Part shown: positions 62,771-64,000 of the stretch, one piece after another
Position numbering within the stretch: position 1 is the stretch's first letter
How the letters are laid out: every line of letters starts with the position of its first letter
From: Podarcis filfolensis
Taxonomy: Eukaryota
Assembly: GCA_964270895.1 (NCBI GenBank)
Contig: OZ185436.1
Length of the DNA: 64,000 bases
Reading direction: 5' to 3' (one strand)
Program-made: the position numbers and the translations under genes
Notes under the pieces: generated by a model
What the model saw: the letters and a program-made list of their open reading frames with translations, nothing else
The model's database searches: none
Told to the model about the DNA's origin: nothing

Positions 62771-64000
62771 GAGTGTGCACTTCCATAGACCCCTGTAATC
62801 TAGATGCTTCTTTATTAGTAATATGTTTCCTACTAGATAATTATGTGCCTTATGCAGACTCCCCTCCCCATTTTGCAGATAAATGTAACATTCCTCAGGG
62901 TATCTAGCTATGGGATTATATTTTAATTATGCCAAAGGGTTAAGCGCTGTATATAGACAACAACATTGCAGCCCCAGGGAGCTTATTACCTTAATTAGTC
63001 ATTCATACTTAAGATAAATTCAAAACCAAGTGAACTGAAATACTATTATCCTTGGGAGGGCACCTCCCTCAAGTCTCATGACTAATAAAGGGCAATTTAA
63101 ATAAGCTGGTAAATTTCTTTTAAATAAAACACAGTAGAAGTTTGCCTAAACCTATTTTAGGGGTTTACATTTTGACTGCTAGGGGGGCAGTGATGGCGAA
63201 TGTCCAGTGTAAAACATGCCTTGTTAATGCTTCGGGTTCAGTGGGGAGGCAGCTTTGTGGATGATGTTCTCTAAGGTTTATGTCTGGCAGTAAATCATTT
63301 TTTTTTATTGAAATGGTGCACTTAGTTTTATTGCCATTGTTACAGAGGGAGCCAGGCTCTGAGAAGAGCCTATTGTATACGCAAAATAAGGATCGCATTC
63401 AAAAAGATGGTTTTCATGGCAACACTGTTCCATTTCCTCATATAAATAAATGACATGGTTGAAAACAAGCTTTCAAGTTTGGGGCTCCTATACAATAAAT
63501 ACTTGGGCTACTGTGGAGCATAGATAGGTTGGGGGCAGGTTTTGAAATGCAGCCAAAATCTATTAAGGGTTGTTTATTTTTGTAGCACCCACTTTAGAGG
63601 GGAAAATGACATTAATTTGACGTTTACTTTGGGGGTGGGGGTGGTTCTTGTTATATTAATTCAGCACTGTTAGTTTATATAGGGCTTTACAGAGGTACAG
63701 AATAAACAAAAGAAGGCCACTGTCCCCAAGAGAGCTGTATGTTGACTGTGGAAAGATAAGAAAAGATGTAGGATAGACGAGAAAGGAAAAATGAACAACG
63801 AATGTCAGCACGTGAAGCTACAGGAAAGTAGGCTTTGTTTCTGGAAAGGAAAGCAATTAAGGGGTCATATTAAAGGCTTTGTACAAAAGCATGACTTTGA
63901 GGAGCGATTCTAATGAAAATAGCAAGATGGAACCACATATGTTTTACTGAAGGGAGTTCACAGCACAAGGAGAAGACAGAGAGAATGAACGAAATCATTT

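Noticed and set aside
47907-64000. RPTOR exon 8 (IPGRLNDRRTPLGELNW...)
   Set aside because: Not found by eye; presumably downstream of the window.
1-64000. CRISPR arrays, operons, rRNA or prokaryotic-type defence systems
   Set aside because: Vertebrate intronic DNA; no repeat-spacer array, rRNA or long ORF is present.

Overview
This is vertebrate DNA, most likely from a squamate and probably a lacertid lizard (inferred from the SINE and MITE repertoire). The whole window lies inside the RPTOR (Raptor, mTORC1 scaffold) gene on the + strand. Four coding exons are recognisable, with canonical AG/GT boundaries and the lengths I recall for human exons 4-7 (159, 147, 176 and 60 bp). They encode part of the caspase-like RNC domain. 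Exons 3 and 8 were not found, so the window starts and ends in introns. The remainder is intronic and carries squamate SINEs (Squam2-, Squam3- and Sauria-like), CR1/L2-type LINE 3' ends with microsatellite tails, TA-flanked Tc1/mariner-type MITEs, 8-bp-TSD hAT MITEs, a probable solo LTR and simple repeats. Nearly all listed ORFs other than the RPTOR exons look spurious. The most unusual items are (i) a 509-bp retroposon that joins an L1-like 5' end to an L1-like 3' end with an 18-bp TSD, (ii) a 221-bp CpG-rich, promoter-like insert bracketed by a 19-bp (GTT)5AAT duplication, and (iii) inverted repeat pairs flanking the phase-0 exons 4-5, whose circle would be a stop-free 102-codon loop. Repeat family names come from recalled consensus resemblance, not from a database search. 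I found no convincing new protein-coding system.
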